Positions 13,601-29,690 of a stretch of DNA of 64,000 nt are shown one piece after another. Under the pieces are notes generated by a model. It was not told the origin of the DNA. It saw nothing but the letters and a program-made list of their open reading frames with translations, and did no database searches. A program made the translations under genes and the position numbers. The stretch comes from the human T2T-CHM13v2.0 reference genome, Homo sapiens. Every line of letters starts with the position of its first letter. Within the stretch, counting starts at the first letter, position 1. The stretch lies in NCBI RefSeq assembly GCF_009914755.1, contig NC_060927.1. One strand, written 5' to 3'.

Positions 13601-16178
13601 TTATGAGATAGCTGAAGATACAAGATGGCTTTCAGGTCAATGGGTCAGAAAACTAGTGCAACTGGAAAACTATTTACAAAACAACTTGAACTTTATGGGG
13701 AAAATGCTGCAAGGATTAGCATCGACTACAAGGTCAACTGGACCCTTTTTACCCTAGTTTCAAGGATGAAGGAAAACAGCCAGCAGCTCAAAAGTAAAGT
13801 AATAATCTGTGTTCTGTGAGGCACTTGATCACTCACATACACACTTAAGAAAGAGGAACAAGCTTCAACCACATTTTCATTGCTGTTTCTTATTGACCAT
13901 TAAATTTCTTTCTAGATATCAGCAGCATTTAACGTTTTCATGTCTATAAACTCTTCAAAAGCAAATTAGCCTTCAAAGATGACCATGCCTGTTGCTCTGT
14001 TAAAACTTGTGAATGTCTTGAGGTAGGATAGTGCTGCTTTATTCTTGCTTTTGGGGGTAATTCATGAAAAGCTTTTATTAATTGAATTGTGTTATTTAGG
14101 CCCGTGAAGCAGGTTAATCTTTATAATAAACTTATTTGCAAGGTTTGAATTTGGAAGGAAATAGAGTTCCTTTTCATATGTATCTTAAACAACATTTTTG
14201 GAGTTTCAAAGTGTTATACTTAGGGAATTAGAAAGATAGATTTATTTATTCCTTATTATTTTTTAAAAAGTGGTTTATCAAATATATTATAGATTAGGGT
14301 TTTTTTTCTTCCAGTAACAGAAAAATGGCTTGATATGTTTGAGTGTTTATTAGTAGATTTGAGGAATATAGAAACCTCAATGTATGGATTAATGATCATT
14401 CTTATGGCTTATAGCTTTTTTCAAAGCTAATTGATATTGAATCTATAAATCTAATATTGAGGACAATAAAAATTAGAAGGAAATGGGTGAAGGTAAGTAG
14501 AAATGACCTTTGTATTACATAAGAAGTGTTTGCATAAAACTTTAGTGGACTTCTGAAGATATCAAAAATTTCCACAAAAATATAGATGTAGTTATGTTTT
14601 TCTGGCCCCTGAATATATTATTGGCACTAGAAGAAATAAATATTAATATATAATACATTACAAAGATAAGTAATAAGGGCTCAGGAAATACATTTTTAAA
14701 AATAAATGGATCTCTTCACATCTATATGAAAACATTTATTTCATCTATATGAAAACATATTTATTTTGTTCTGTGTATTTTTTATAAGATTATTATTAGA
14801 CACTAGTGTTTATTTTTTTAAAGAAACATTTAAAATGAAAATCAATATTTATGTAGGTAGCTATTTGTTGTTCAAACACAATATTCTTAGTGAGGCATTA
14901 TGTGTTCATCATCTTACATGCATGCATTTTTGTACTTTTTTTCTCCCTAGACCATCACTGGACTATTGGAATATCCACACCAATTCCCAAGGCAACATCA
15001 TGAAATAGCAAGTCATACTTGGGTACATTCTGAGATGGATTGAAGAACAGGGCTGTTAGGACCTGTTACATTGGTAACAATGTAGGAAGAGCTAAGAGAA
15101 AAGGTAGGAGAGCACAGCAACATTAGAATTAGCAAGGTGACAACAATCATAAGGAAAATATTGGATATTTAAACAATACAGATAACTATTTCATAATGCA
15201 CAGTTTTCAACTATTTATTATTGTAAACAGACAGGATTTCCTGTTTAGGAAAGGACATATTCATGGATTAAAAATGATTAATAAAGAAATGCTTACAATA
15301 GTGTTTGATATTTATACTCTCTTCCCTTTCATTTTCAAGTCATTTTGTCAGGTGAGTAATGTTGGTTGAAGTACAACAAATATGTTGATTTACTCTTTAG
15401 TAGTAACTTCTGTGACTGACGTGGTACACTCAGATGATGGCATTATTTAGAAATTCTCTCCAAGGTATGTTAGAATTTCCAGGGTAGGGCTTATCTACTA
15501 GGGCTTATCTACTGGGGCACCACAGCAAGCTAGTATGCCAAATGTGGGATCAAGGTATGCCAACATTATTACACCTCCAGCCTTTGGGGCAGAAAATGGA
15601 GCTGGAGTTGGGTCATCTCAGAATTACCATTTTCTACTGTGGCATAATTTCATAAAGGTAGGGAAACCCCACTTTAGAACCATTTCACTGGCATCCAAAA
15701 TGGTCAACATTAAGGGGTGTTCTTTGGCTGCTAAGTCATAACGGCCTCTCAAGTTGTCCATGGAGTAAGGAGAGGGCCCTTATACTTTTTTTGATTAAAC
15801 TTCTTATTTTGAGATAATCAAATATTCACAGGCAATTGTTAAGAAACAATATAGAGATCCCATGTAGCCTTCACAAGTTACCCCCACTGGTAACATCTTG
15901 CAAAACTATAGTACAAGGAAATACCCAGAGTACTGACATTGACACAGTCAATCAAGATATGGAACAGTCCCACCACCAAAAGGAATGTTGCCCCATTAGA
16001 GCGATACCTACCTACTCCCATTCATAAAACTGAAAAGCACTAATCTATTTCTAAAATTTTGTCATCGCAAAAATGTTATATAAACAGAAACAAATAGTTT
16101 ACAGTCTTTTGGAAGTGGGTGTTTTCAATCAGCATAATTCTCTGGATAGTCATCCAGGTGTCACATGTCCCCATAGTC

Positions 16179-16508
<330 letters not shown>

Positions 16509-17086
16509 TAGTATAGATATACCACAGTTTGATTCATTTGTTGAAGGACACCTAGGTTGTTTCCAGTTTTAGAGTAGTACAAACAAACTGCTATGAACAT
16601 TTATGTACAGGTTTTTGGGGTGCACATAAATTTTCATATTTATGGGATAAATGTTCAGAAGTACAGTTGCTGGGTTGTGTGGTAGCTGCTTGCATGATTT
16701 TATAAGAAATTGCCAAACCGTTTTTCTGAATGCCTGTATTTTTCATTCTCACTAGCAATACATTTTTTCATTCCCACCAGCAATATATGAATGATCCAGT
16801 TTCTGCACATCCTCTTCAACATTTGCTCTTGTCACTAATATTTATTTTAATATCTCATTGTAGTTTATTTGCATCTCTCTTATGAATAGTAACGTTCAGC
16901 ATTTTTTCATATACCTGTTGGACATTTGTGTGTTTTCTTTTGAAAAACTGTCTATTCAAGTTCTTTCTCCATTTTTTAAATTGGGTTATTTTTGTTCTTG
17001 CTATGAGTTTCTTATATATTTTGCCCATTTTCTAATTGGGAGAGTTTTTACTGTTGAGTTTTAAGGGTTCTCTTTCTCTCTCCATA

Positions 17087-17621
<535 letters not shown>

Positions 17622-18127
17622 TAAAAAAATTTTGCTCTTCTCTTAATCCCAAAATTTTTCTCCTGGACTTTAAAAAAAAAGTTTTATTTTTCTACATTTT
17701 GCATTTCAGTCCTTAATCTTGAATTAATTTTTATATAAGGTGTAAGGTTTAAAAAAGCGTGTTTGGGGGTGTATTTGTTTTGAGGGTTTCTTTCTTTCAG
17801 TTTTTTTGTTTTGTTTTGCTTTGTTTTTGGCTTATAGATTGCTCCACCACCATTTATTGGAAAGGAGGCTGTCTTTCATCTGTTCAACTGGTTTTGCACC
17901 TCTGTCAAAAAACAGTTGAACATATTTCTATGGGTATAATTCTGGGTTCCCATTTCTATTTTATTTATCTATATCTGTTTCTCCACCAATACTACACCAT
18001 CCTGATTACTGTACCTATATACTGAGCCTTAACAGATGATGTGCATGTTTTCAGTATATACTCAGCTCCTTATATAGTGTCTGGCACATAGTATATACAT
18101 CATACTTTTATGAGATCATTGATTAGA

Positions 18128-19180
18128 TTTATTGCAATATAATTTAAACACTAAAAAATGTACCCCATTAGAGCGCACAGTTAAGTGGCTTTAGCATATG
18201 CACAGAGTTGTGCAACAATCACCACGATATAATTATAGAATATTTTTATCACTCGAAAAGGAAACCCAGTGCCTATTAGCAATCAGTCTTCTGCCTTTAC
18301 AGATTTGCCTAGTCTGGCTGAATATTTTATGCAAATGGATTCATACAATATAGCCTTTTGTGACTGACTTCTTTCATATGCTTAATGTTTTTGAGGTTCA
18401 TCGATGTCATATCAGTACATAATTTTTTTTATGGCTGAATATTATTCTATTGTATGGATATACCAAAATTGATTATTCGTTCATCAGTTACTAGACATTG
18501 TGTTGCTTCCACTTTGGACTACTATGCATAATGCTACCATAAACCGTGACGTAGAAGTTTTTGTGTGGGCATAGGTTTTCATGTCTCTTAGGCATATACT
18601 TAAAGGTAGAATTCCCAGGTCATGTGACTCTGTTTAAGTTTTTGAGGAAATTCCAAACTGTTTCCCAAAGTGGCTGTACCATTTTACATCCTTACCAGCA
18701 GCGTATAAGGGTTGCAGTCTCTCCGTATTCTTACCATTTTAGATAATGTTAAGATGATAACATAAGTTATAAGCCATCTTTTTTATTATACTTATCCTAG
18801 CGGTTGTGAAGTTGTAATGAATTGTAGTTTTGATTTGCATTTTCTTGATAACTAATGATGTCAAGCATCTTTTTATGTGCTTACTATCCATTCTTTGGAG
18901 ATATGTTTATTGAGTTCCTTTGCTTATTGTTTTTCACTGTTTTGATAGTGTCCTTTGAAGCATAAAAAATTTAATTTTGCTGGAGTCCAATTTATCCATT
19001 TTTTTAAATTGCTTGTACTTTAGTTTCCAAAGAAAAAAAAAGCTCAGACTTTTTTGGAAGAGATAGTTTTAAAAACTAATTTAATCTATTTATTTGTTAT
19101 AGGTCTATTCAAGTGTGTTGTTTCTTCTTGAGTCAGTTTCAGTAGTTTGCATCTTTCTGTAAATTTGCATATTTCAGCTA
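18128..19180 (-). mobile_element. L1MB-type 3' end plus an ORF2 fragment
   Basis: cacagagttgtgcaacaatcaccac...aaaggaaaccc...attagcaatca is the L1MB 3'UTR in antisense. 19050-19180 is more internal ORF2. Confidence 0.8.
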
Positions 19181-20168
<988 letters not shown>

Positions 20169-21640
20169 GTATGTTATTATATGCATACATGTTTATAATT
20201 GTTATATTATCCTAACTTACTAAACCTTTTGTAATTATGAAATGTCCCTCATAACCTCCAGTAATGTTTTAAAAGTATGTTTAATTTGATATTAGTATAG
20301 GCACATATTTGTTTATGGTTGCTGTTTACGTGATACACCTTTTTCCATTAATTTATTTTCAACCTATTTCTATTTATATGCAAAGTGTGTCTCCTATAGA
20401 CAGCACATAGTTTGGTGTGTGCATGTGTGTGTTTGTGTGTGTGTGTATGTTTGTGTGTGTATTTATCCAGCCTGAAAATCATTTTTTTATTGGAATGTTT
20501 GATCTATTTACAGTTAATATTACTATTGAGCTTTGGATCTACATTTGGTATTTTACTCCTCTTGTTGAAATTTATATGCCTTATCCCCTCTGTTCTCCTT
20601 TATCGCTTTCTTTCACATTGTATTAGTCAAGGTTCTCTAGAGGGACAGAACTAATAGGAGATATATATATATATATATCTCCTATTGTATCTCCTATTAT
20701 ATATATGGGAGTTTATTAAGTATTAACTTACATGATCACAAAGCCCATAATAGGCTGTCTGGAAACTTGAGGAGCAAGGAGAACCGTCTGAGTCTCAAAA
20801 CTGAAGAACTTAGAGTCTGATGTTCAAGGGCAGGAAGCATCCAGCATGGGAGAAAGGTGTAGACCGGGATGCTAGGCCAGTCTTGCCTCTTCTCATTTTT
20901 CTGCCTGCTTTATATTCACTGGCAGCTGATTAGATGGTGCCCACCTGATTAAGGGTGGATCTATCTTCCCCAGCCCACTGACTCAAATGTTAATCTCCTT
21001 TGGCAACACCCTCACAGACACACCCAGGATCAATATTGCATCCTTCAATCCAATCAAGTTGACATTCAGTATTATCCACCACACACATTAAGTGAATGCT
21101 TTCTAGAGTAACATTGTGATTTTTCTGATTTTTTTTTCACATTGTTTAGTTATTTTCTCAGTGTTTGCTCTAGGGCTTACCATAGATATCTTAACTTATT
21201 AGATCTTATTTGTACTGTCTTTGCTGTGGTAAAATATGAAAATGTTACTTCTGTATAGTTCTATTTCCTCTTCCCCCTTTTTGTGCTGTTGTTGTTATAA
21301 ATATTCTGTGTGTGTGTATATCACACAATATATTGTTATAATTATTGCTTTATATAACTTTTTGTCCTGTAAAGAAGCTAAAGGAAGAAAGAATATGTAT
21401 ATACTTTTAGAGTTTGTTATATTAACTATTCATATATCTCTTATCCTTACTGTTTCTTTTCATTTCTTCCTGTGGATTCAAGGTACCATATGGTGTCATT
21501 TTCTTACTCCAATATAGTTTGTTCCTACTAACCTCCTTTGTGCTATTATTGTTAAGTAGGTTTATTACATATCTGTATGTCATAGTCCGAAAAATGCAAT
21601 TATGTATGCATTGTTTTATACAATTCTTTTTCATATAAGT
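20169..21640 (-). mobile_element. Old L1M, ORF2 5' (endonuclease) and upstream region, split by MLT2A
   Basis: Antisense homology to the L1 EN region (tgtctcctatagacagcacatagtttgg; ttataattgttatatt...tgaaatgtccct). Confidence 0.7.
20619..21083 (-). mobile_element. HERV-L solo LTR (MLT2A2-like) with 5-bp TSD CACAT
   Basis: tgtattagtcaaggttctctagagggacagaactaatagga...tccttcaatccaatcaagttgacattcagtattatccaccaca. CACAT at 20614-20618 and 21084-21088. Confidence 0.93.
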
Positions 21641-24600
21641 TACTTTTATTCTTTTAAAGCAGCACACCTCACTTTGACAAGAATACATGCACATTTAGTA
21701 ATGTGTTTCTGCCTTATCTTAGGTTCCTTAGGCATTTGGGATAAAACAAAGATAAAAACCTAACTACACCTTCAATAAGCTATAGACTCCAGAATTATCT
21801 ACTCAAAAATGTCAATTTTTTCCCAAGAAAATATAAACATTTAAAGTATTGGTTAAATAGCTAACAAAACACACACATACACATATGCACATCTATACAT
21901 GAATGAACATGCATATACATAACACACATATGAGAGGCAGTGGATTTTACTGTTTTTGGTGTCACAGACTCTTCTAAGAAGATGATTGGGGTTGGTAGCA
22001 ATCTGAAAACTCATCCTTCTTTTGTAGCACCATTTAGCTACCTCTTCAGGGTACACAAGCTAGTTAGGGTTTCTGAATGAAAAATGAAAAATAAAAAGAT
22101 CAGGACTTTGTTATCTCTTAGCCAGATGGGAGCCAGCCAGAGAAATAAGCCTGGGGCAAGGTCTGGGACTGTCTTTCCCAGAGAAGTTGGCCTGCAAAGC
22201 CTTTTTTTTCCTTCTGCGGAAGAGCTGTTTTTGTTTCTGTGTGTATGTGTATTTGTGTGTGTTAAGGGGAAGGTCTTCTAGAAGGTACTGCTCTGGCCTA
22301 GGTGACAGAGAGAAAGATGGATGCTGATTTTCTTCTCATTGAAGCTTATGAATAACACTCGCAGCTGAGAAAATAGGAGTACAATGCACGCTCAAGAGAA
22401 GGAAAAACATTTCTCTATCATTGTTCAACAAGTGCAGACACCACTTATTCTTCCTGGCAGAAGAAAAAAAAATTTGACCTGATTCAGAAAGGTGAACAGA
22501 GTCATGAGTAGTTGAAAAAATACACTAAAGGAGAACCAGCAACCAGAGGCTAACCAATAATACCCAAGGAAGTAGTTCTTGGAGAAATAGAACTTTTAGA
22601 AGAAACAGGTGACAACTTTAATGAAAACAATAATAGGGGCAAAAATTCAAGGAGATTTTGTTGTAGCATAAAAAATATTTTCTACTACCAAAAACAAAAA
22701 AATATATATTAACTAAAAGTAAGTATAATAACTTATTGAGTATCAAATTAGTAGCCTAGGAAATCAAACAGAAAGGATATTTTAAAACACATAGCAAAAA
22801 TATAAAGTGATCATAATGAAAGTTGTGAGCTTTCTCCCAATAAAAATATGTCTACAAATAATTTTTTTGTAAAATCTCAATGAGATGCAGATGCCCCTAA
22901 AGCACATCTGTAGATCCAATGACATAAAAAAATGCAATCCAGTTTAAAGCATGAATTTCATTTTAAAGATAAAAAAAAAAGACTTCCTAGGCATCAACAT
23001 TTCCCTCATTATCCAACAAAGTTTTCCCAAGCCGTTGGTCTGCTCTTAGCCAGGTCTCTTCACCTATACCTTCTCTTGCTGACAGTCAGTAGTGGGAACC
23101 TTGTTACTATGGGTCAATTCTATTTCATGAGTCTTTCCCACAAGATATGGGGCATAGAGAAGCTTTCTTTTCTTTTCTTCTCCCTTAGACCTCTGGAGAA
23201 TACTGCTCTGCCTGCCTTTTGGCTGCTTTCCTACCGCTAGCTCCCAGTCTATTCACCCAACATGGCAGCACTGATAGCAGTAAAGAAAAGTCTTTAGAAA
23301 AGTCTTGACCAGGAAAGGTAGGTGTCACCTTTTCCTGCATTTATGGAGAGCTTCTGTGCTCCATAAATCTTTCATCTCTATTTCCCCTTCCAGAGAGACT
23401 TCCCTACAAAAAAGGTTGGCTTTATCTAGCAGTGACTTTTTAACCCCCTACATATCACCTAAATGGTCTATAAAAATAAACCAAATAAAACTGTAGTATA
23501 ATAACATTTTAATAAACAAAGCTGAAAAACGCAATCATTTTTAAAATAAAGACAGTAGGCAATTTAGGTTCACACATTTTTCACTAACTCTTTTGAATAC
23601 TGCAAGTGATTCTAAAGTCTCATGGCATGCATTGCTTTGTTTTGTTTATTTTGTTTTACTGAGCCATAAACTTAATTACCTTCAAGAAGGCTAGTATGTG
23701 TGGATGAACCTCTTAATTCAGCTTAATTTAGTAGTTCCTAGACTTCTGGATTTCCCAACTAGCTTTTTTAATTTTTTTAAGGCAGAGCAGGAGTTGGCTA
23801 AATGCCTAAGGGCAACTCTCATTTTCCCAAATAATCACCTTACTGCCACCTGCGACTTCCATATTTTTCAAACTAAAAGGCTGTAAACCATCCAAATTTG
23901 AGAGAACATAATAACAACAACAACAAAAAAAAACTCATTTCTTCAGTTTTCCCCTTGTGACTGGCAAAATCTGTGTTTTAGCCTTGTACCAATTCTCACT
24001 GCTGTGGTGAGAACATGGCCCGCCATCTAAGTGAGCCTCCAGACACCAGACCCCATCCTGTGCATTGCAGAGCTTTCTGTTCTCTACAAAATTCCATAGC
24101 ATAGCAGTCCTTGAGAAGTATCACATCTGAACTCTTTCAAGGAAAAGGACCACTGTGAAAGAGATAAAACTTTAAGAAATATTTCTTAAAACTTAAAAAG
24201 TGATGTAATATACAAGAAATAAATGGAAGCAACTATCTATGAAAATATTTCATGTATCACTACAATATGTGAAGGTTCTTCAATATAGAATTAGAGTGCC
24301 CTACCTGGCATTAACTTTTTTCATTTTAATTAATAATGTGAATCTTACAAGCTGATTATCATTCATATAACTGATAATTATTTATGTGGTCATAAATACA
24401 TGTGCTTAATATATTTAACATATATAATAAAGACACAAAAGTAAAATGACAAATATGAAAAGAATGTCATGAATATCAGAATGTTTGACAACCTCTCAAT
24501 CATTATTCTATATTCCTAGTGCATAAGGAAGGCTGCTTTCCATTACTTTCTTTTAACATAGGCTCCTGCTTACCCAGAAGCATTTCACATGCAGTGCTGT

Positions 24601-25319
24601 TTTGTTTTTGTTTTCTAAATAATCATTTGTTTATTAAGTATGGTCCCTTGAGACCAAGAAATGAATTTATGATCTTCATACCAGTATCCAAGAACGGAAA
24701 CTAATTAATGTCAGCTATATTAACTTAAAAGACTCTCTCTTTTTGCAATTTTTAGTTACAACTTCCAGAAACGGGCCAAGGTTCAAACAGTGAGTAGAAA
24801 ATTAAAATGCTATTTATATGAAAAATTGTCAAAATACATGATCCAATAAAAGATAATTTCTCCTCTCACATTAATCTTATTTATGAATTAGCCAGAAAGA
24901 ACATCTTAAATGCCTGAATCGGCTTTGAAGACTGATGGATATCACGATGGTTGTATAATTTCATGAACTTTTTTGAATGGGAAAATCTTTTATGTAAATA
25001 CTAATAGCATAAAGGACAATATAACATTTTAATAAATAGGTCCAAAATTTTGTAAAATTACCTGATACAATGTTATCCCAAAATTCATCTAAAACTACAA
25101 ATTTAGGAAGGATGAGAATATAAAGGAAAACTGTTATTATTTATTATGAAACTATAGAATGTTTCTAAACATAGTTATATCCAGATAAAATATATGAGGT
25201 TAAATGAATCATCTGCCTTCTTGGTAGGATTCAGCCACCAGTTGCATCATTAAACCAAATACAATATTCAAATTAAGTAGTGGGTACTTTTCATTTCATT
25301 CTCAGTCCAAGTCTGTGCT

Positions 25320-25880
25320 ATAATTAGTTCCTTTTAACAGATGAAAAAACTATGGCACTAAATGGCTAAGTCATGTTTCCAATTCACACAGATTTTTTTT
25401 TCTGGTATCTCACTTGTTTTTTCTTACTTATTTTATTTATTCACATTTTACTTAAGAATTGTATAATTAAACTCACATCCATGTGGCACAGCTGAATTCA
25501 AATCCTGACTTCAAATCCAATTCCTTTTCACCATACCCCTCAGACTCTAACTGTGGTGTCATAAACCAGAAAAAAAAAATGCGTACATTTCTAACAACCT
25601 CTTCAAGCCAACAAATTTTAAATACATCCAATGTATGCTAAAATGAAAAATGTCATATAGTGGAGAAATTCAGAGTATTTGAAGTAAGAAAATCTATGTT
25701 CCAATCCTTCGCCCAATACCTCCTGTGTAAGAAATTCTAGAAAAATCACTTTACTTTTCTGAAGTTTGCCTTTCTCTTTTGTAAAGAGGAGTTAATAACA
25801 TCTAATATTTTTACCTCAGAGCATTGTTTGAAGAAACAAAGAATATATATTAAATTTCTATGCAGATTGTAAAAAATGTT
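25320..25880. mobile_element. Two diverged MIR fragments (minus ~25320-25545, plus ~25655-25880)
   Basis: MIR core motifs ttttaacagatgaaaaaact (antisense) and ttctcttttgtaaagaggagttaataac (sense). Confidence 0.5.
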
Positions 25881-27442
25881 AATGCATCAAATTTACTTGC
25901 ATAATTTCTTCAGAGAATCTCTCTGTCTCTGAACTTGAAAAGAAACCATTCCAAATTTTAGTAGCATAAGTCCCAAAAGACCAGTTCATGTAAGTCCTAT
26001 AATCTGAAATGTTAGTTATAATATAGGATTTGTTTTATATTAAACAATTTAAATTCACTTGGTACGTATTTATAAGTAAAGGGACAATATTCATATAACA
26101 TATACACTGAGTATTTGAAGTGTCAACAATGATTTTCTGAGCAACGATTATATATCATGTAGTGACTTGATAATGGTGCTAGATTATACAGGTAACATTC
26201 TGATGTTGCAAAGGTAAAAAAAATAATTTCTAACATTGAGAAGAAAGTAATCTAGGGGATAAGACAGACAAAGAAATGACTAACTCAAATACGACATGAA
26301 TAGTGTTAAAATCAATAGATGAAAATGGGAAGTTGGTTTGTCCCAATTCTGAATCTATCTTCATTTCACATTCCTAGTCTATATAACTCTGTCTGACTCT
26401 TCAGAGGCCATTATCTCTGTAGCCACTATTTATTGATTTCTAAATAAATCCAATGTATGCAAATTAATGCAGAATTCATTAAAAGAAACATCTCCAAACA
26501 AAGGTTAATGTTATTTGTTATGACTGACAACAGTTGACAAGCAAAGCAAATTTTCTTGCAGTGAGGTGATTCAGAATGGTTCAGGGTTATTGGACTCCTG
26601 CTCTATTTCTGCCTTTCACACACTGTAACTCCTGTAGGCCACACCTGTAATATCTCAGTCAACTCTCTGAAACATTTATGTATCTGGGGCTGCAAAATGA
26701 CCTGAAAACTAGATGGACATTTTCAAAAGCTAGATATTTCCTAAAGTTTAAAAAAAAAAAGAGCTTCATACAGTAACCACCACTTGAAGGGCACACAACA
26801 AAAGCTAAGACAGTCTGCAGCGCAAACATTTATTCCAACCTGGGAGATATCCAGAGCAGATGGTCTTTCATCATATACAAAGGTCGGAAAAATAGAGACT
26901 TAAAATCAGAATGTTTTTATTCAATTAAGGTACCATTTGACCACAAATGCTCTGTCTGCATGGGAAAATTAAAGAAATAAATCAGGATTTTTTTCTCTTA
27001 ATGGTTGTTTTCATTGGCCAGCACTTGGCAATATGACTCAAGGCCCAGATTGAATTTCACTGTTGGGCAATTTCATTTATCATTGCTCCAAATGCAGGTA
27101 CTGATGCCATTGGATTTGAGCACACAAAAAAGTTACTAGTCCAATATGATTTGCTTTATTTTACTATGTGAGGAGGACAATTTACAATAGCGTATTCTTC
27201 AGGAGAAAATGTTTCCATTAATATTTTGAATTAGTAGTAAAATATTTAGCCATATAGTGATAGCGGTGGAAATAAGGTGTTTCAAAATACACTAATTATT
27301 TAGTACCAGTGTTTCTGATGTATGATATTGGCCACTATACACTCGATCCATGTTTATGGTGATAAGACAAAAAAATTGGCTAAAATATTGGAGTGAAAAA
27401 TTCATTGTTTTTATTATGCCTTGAAAGTTGAGATTTTGGAGG

Positions 27443-27590
27443 TACTCATTCATCAACATATGTTGAATGCCTTCTCTAAGTTACTCATTGTGTTAGGTGC
27501 TAGAAATATTAAAATAAATAAGACAAAATGACAGCCCTCATAGTTTCTACCCTATGGACTACTGAGAAGACATGCGTAAACAGCTAGCAC
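27443..27590 (-). mobile_element. L2 3' end fragment
   Basis: cattcatcaacatatgttgaatgcc...tgtgttaggtgctagaaata...acagccctcatag. Confidence 0.55.
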
Positions 27591-27749
27591 ATAAGGTAAA
27601 CAATAATACAGGTGTCTAATGGGAGTGAAATGGATGAAGTATTAAACAGAATATTTTATCTGTATCCTTGGTCTTTTCTGTGGCTCAATGTGTCTCTGAA
27701 GGTGTTCAGGTCAGTGCTGTCTCTCATAAATAGTGATAGATTGCAGTGA

Positions 27750-27814
27750 GGACTGAATCCTTGCATTTGGGACTAAATTCTTGCATTTGAGATCTGAATT
27801 GTTGCATTTCAGAC
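27750..27814. repeat. Degenerate ~20-21-bp tandem repeat x3 (gactgaatccttgcatttg)
   Basis: gactgaatccttgcatttgg / gactaaattcttgcatttga / gatctgaattgttgcatttc. Confidence 0.75.
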
Positions 27815-28015
27815 CCAGAGTCTCCACTTACTATGCGATTTGAGGCAATAACTTCAATTTTCAGGACTCAATTTACATCTTAAAATCAGACAGGAATAAT
27901 ACCTGTTCCTACTGGGTGATTGTGAGGATAAAATGAGACAACATATAAGAAAACACATTGTAAGAGAATAGGATGAACTGATATACAAATGCTGTGAGTT
28001 GTAATTTGTTATTAT
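27811..28015 (+). mobile_element. MIR
   Basis: ctccacttacta...aataatacctgttcctactgggtgattgtgaggataaaatgag. Confidence 0.65.
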
Positions 28016-28204
28016 TAATGTATCCTCTGGGCCAAATAAACCCTTCATAAAAAAGTAAGCCATCTTGAAGGAAAAAAAAGCCATAAATCATGTAAAACAT
28101 AACTTCCTGCCTGCCCTCCCATGAGAAAACTATATCTGAGAACAGTTTCAATTTATCCCTGACCTTGTAAAGGCAAACAGACCAGACCCAACTCAAAATC
28201 ATGA

Positions 28205-28405
28205 AATTAGAGAAAGCTGTATCCCAGTCCTTCTCTTTGTGACTCGGAGTGAGTTTTTAAATATTTTTGAATCTCAGTATCTATATCTGGAAAATGGGAA
28301 TGAAAATACAGTTTAGAACTACAGAGTTGTAGGGAGTCCAAATGAAATGAAGTGTATTATGAAGCCCCAGGGCCAAGTTCATAGTAGGTCCTCTATAAAT
28401 GTTAA
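28205..28405 (+). mobile_element. MIR
   Basis: ctcagtatctatatctggaaaatgggaatgaaaata...catagtaggtcctctataaatgtt. Confidence 0.6.
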
Positions 28406-28959
28406 TCAACTCCATCACCAAAACAATAAGGGTTCCAAAATTACCATGAATTCTAATTTGATTAACCAATCACCCTTTACTATTGATGAGTTTTGCACAA
28501 GCCAACTCAATCAGCATTTGCATTTTGACACTATTATTTCTAATTATGCATAATTTGCTCCCTGTTAAAGAAATTTCAGTCATCAGCAAGCAAATCAGAA
28601 GACAGTTTGCAGACACAGAAGGCCCATTTGAAAGCTGCTTCTAAAGTCATATGTCTTTATTCCTTTTAGTATGGTTTCCAGGAGAGTAGGTGGGGGTGTA
28701 GAAATAGTCAGATGTGTCCCATGTGCTTGGTGGAGGTTCATTTTTAAAATGTAACCATAGCCTAAGAGTAAATCTATTGTCACTGATTTCCTCTAGGATT
28801 TGGAATCATGTGCCCTTGATAGCTCTATTTCTTTTCCCAAAAGCAGGCCTCATTCCCTAATCTTAGCCCAACCCCTTCTTTCTTATCTCAAGGCCCCAAG
28901 AATCTTTCTGTATGTTAGCATATTTTACAATATTTTCTTCATTTTTCATCCCATAACCC

Positions 28960-29365
28960 TGTGTTAGTTTGTGTTAAGTTGGAGATAAGATAATCTATTT
29001 TAAGTTAAACAGAAAGGGGTTTAATCACCAGGTACTGTTGGGGCTACATCAGCAGGCTGCGGAGTAAACTTCCAGGCAACTCCCAGCCTTCAGAATCACA
29101 CTGGACCTTTCAATGATTGGGAAAGCAGCCCTGCTACAACAGAAAGCTGCAAGTACAGAAGCAGGCTGACTGTCTCACCACCGAGCTTATGAAATGGATG
29201 TCTTGCCCCTTGCCTTCTCCCAGTATAACCCAGACCCATCTCCACATCTTGCCAAAAAGTGCCAATTGGCAGAGCCTAAACACATCCAGAAAGCTATCCA
29301 CAAAGGAATCTTGGAAATGCAGTTTTTTGCTTTTTGGTCTCTGCAGAAGAGGAAGAACACTAGAC
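28960..29365 (-). mobile_element. Very old ERVL/MaLR-type LTR remnant
   Basis: Starts tgtgttagttt and contains aaggaatcttggaaatgcagtttt, typical of old MLT1/LTR33-like LTRs. The family is uncertain. Confidence 0.35.
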
Positions 29366-29526
29366 AGGACCTGGAGTGCTGTATACATAAATCAGTCCAT
29401 TATAAGTATCTGCCAAAAACATTATGAAATCTTTTACCATGCATTCTGTATTTTGCTACCTTTCTTATGGGAAAGAGGGCAAAAGAAAGCAGTTTGCTAC
29501 TAGAACATGTTCTGTTTGTTATTAAA

Positions 29527-29690
29527 GTAGCACAGTTAACAACCATGAACTTGAAGTCAAAGACCTGGAGTCCAGGGCGTGCTCTGCCACTAATTAGTTT
29601 TTGGCCTTGGGTAAGTCCATTTATTTTTCAGAGTTTTCGTTTCCTGCGAGTACAAAATGAGGCAATTAGACTCAGTGATTGCTGAAGAAG
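29527..29690 (+). mobile_element. MIR (MIRc/MIR3-like)
   Basis: ttgaagtcaaagacctggagtcc...gctctgccactaattagtttttggccttgggtaagtc. Confidence 0.65.

Noticed and set aside
14717-15515. Small tandem duplications (catctatatgaaaacat x2; tagggcttatctac x2)
   Set aside because: Ordinary slippage duplications with no further structure.
21945-22950. Possible hAT MITE and L1M ORF1 traces
   Set aside because: Too diverged to assign boundaries or family by eye.
29117-29503. 128-aa ORF, and similar ORFs at 55827-56234, 53063-53461 and 11384-11698
   Set aside because: No recognisable domain or exon structure. The lengths are compatible with chance, and some overlap old repeats.
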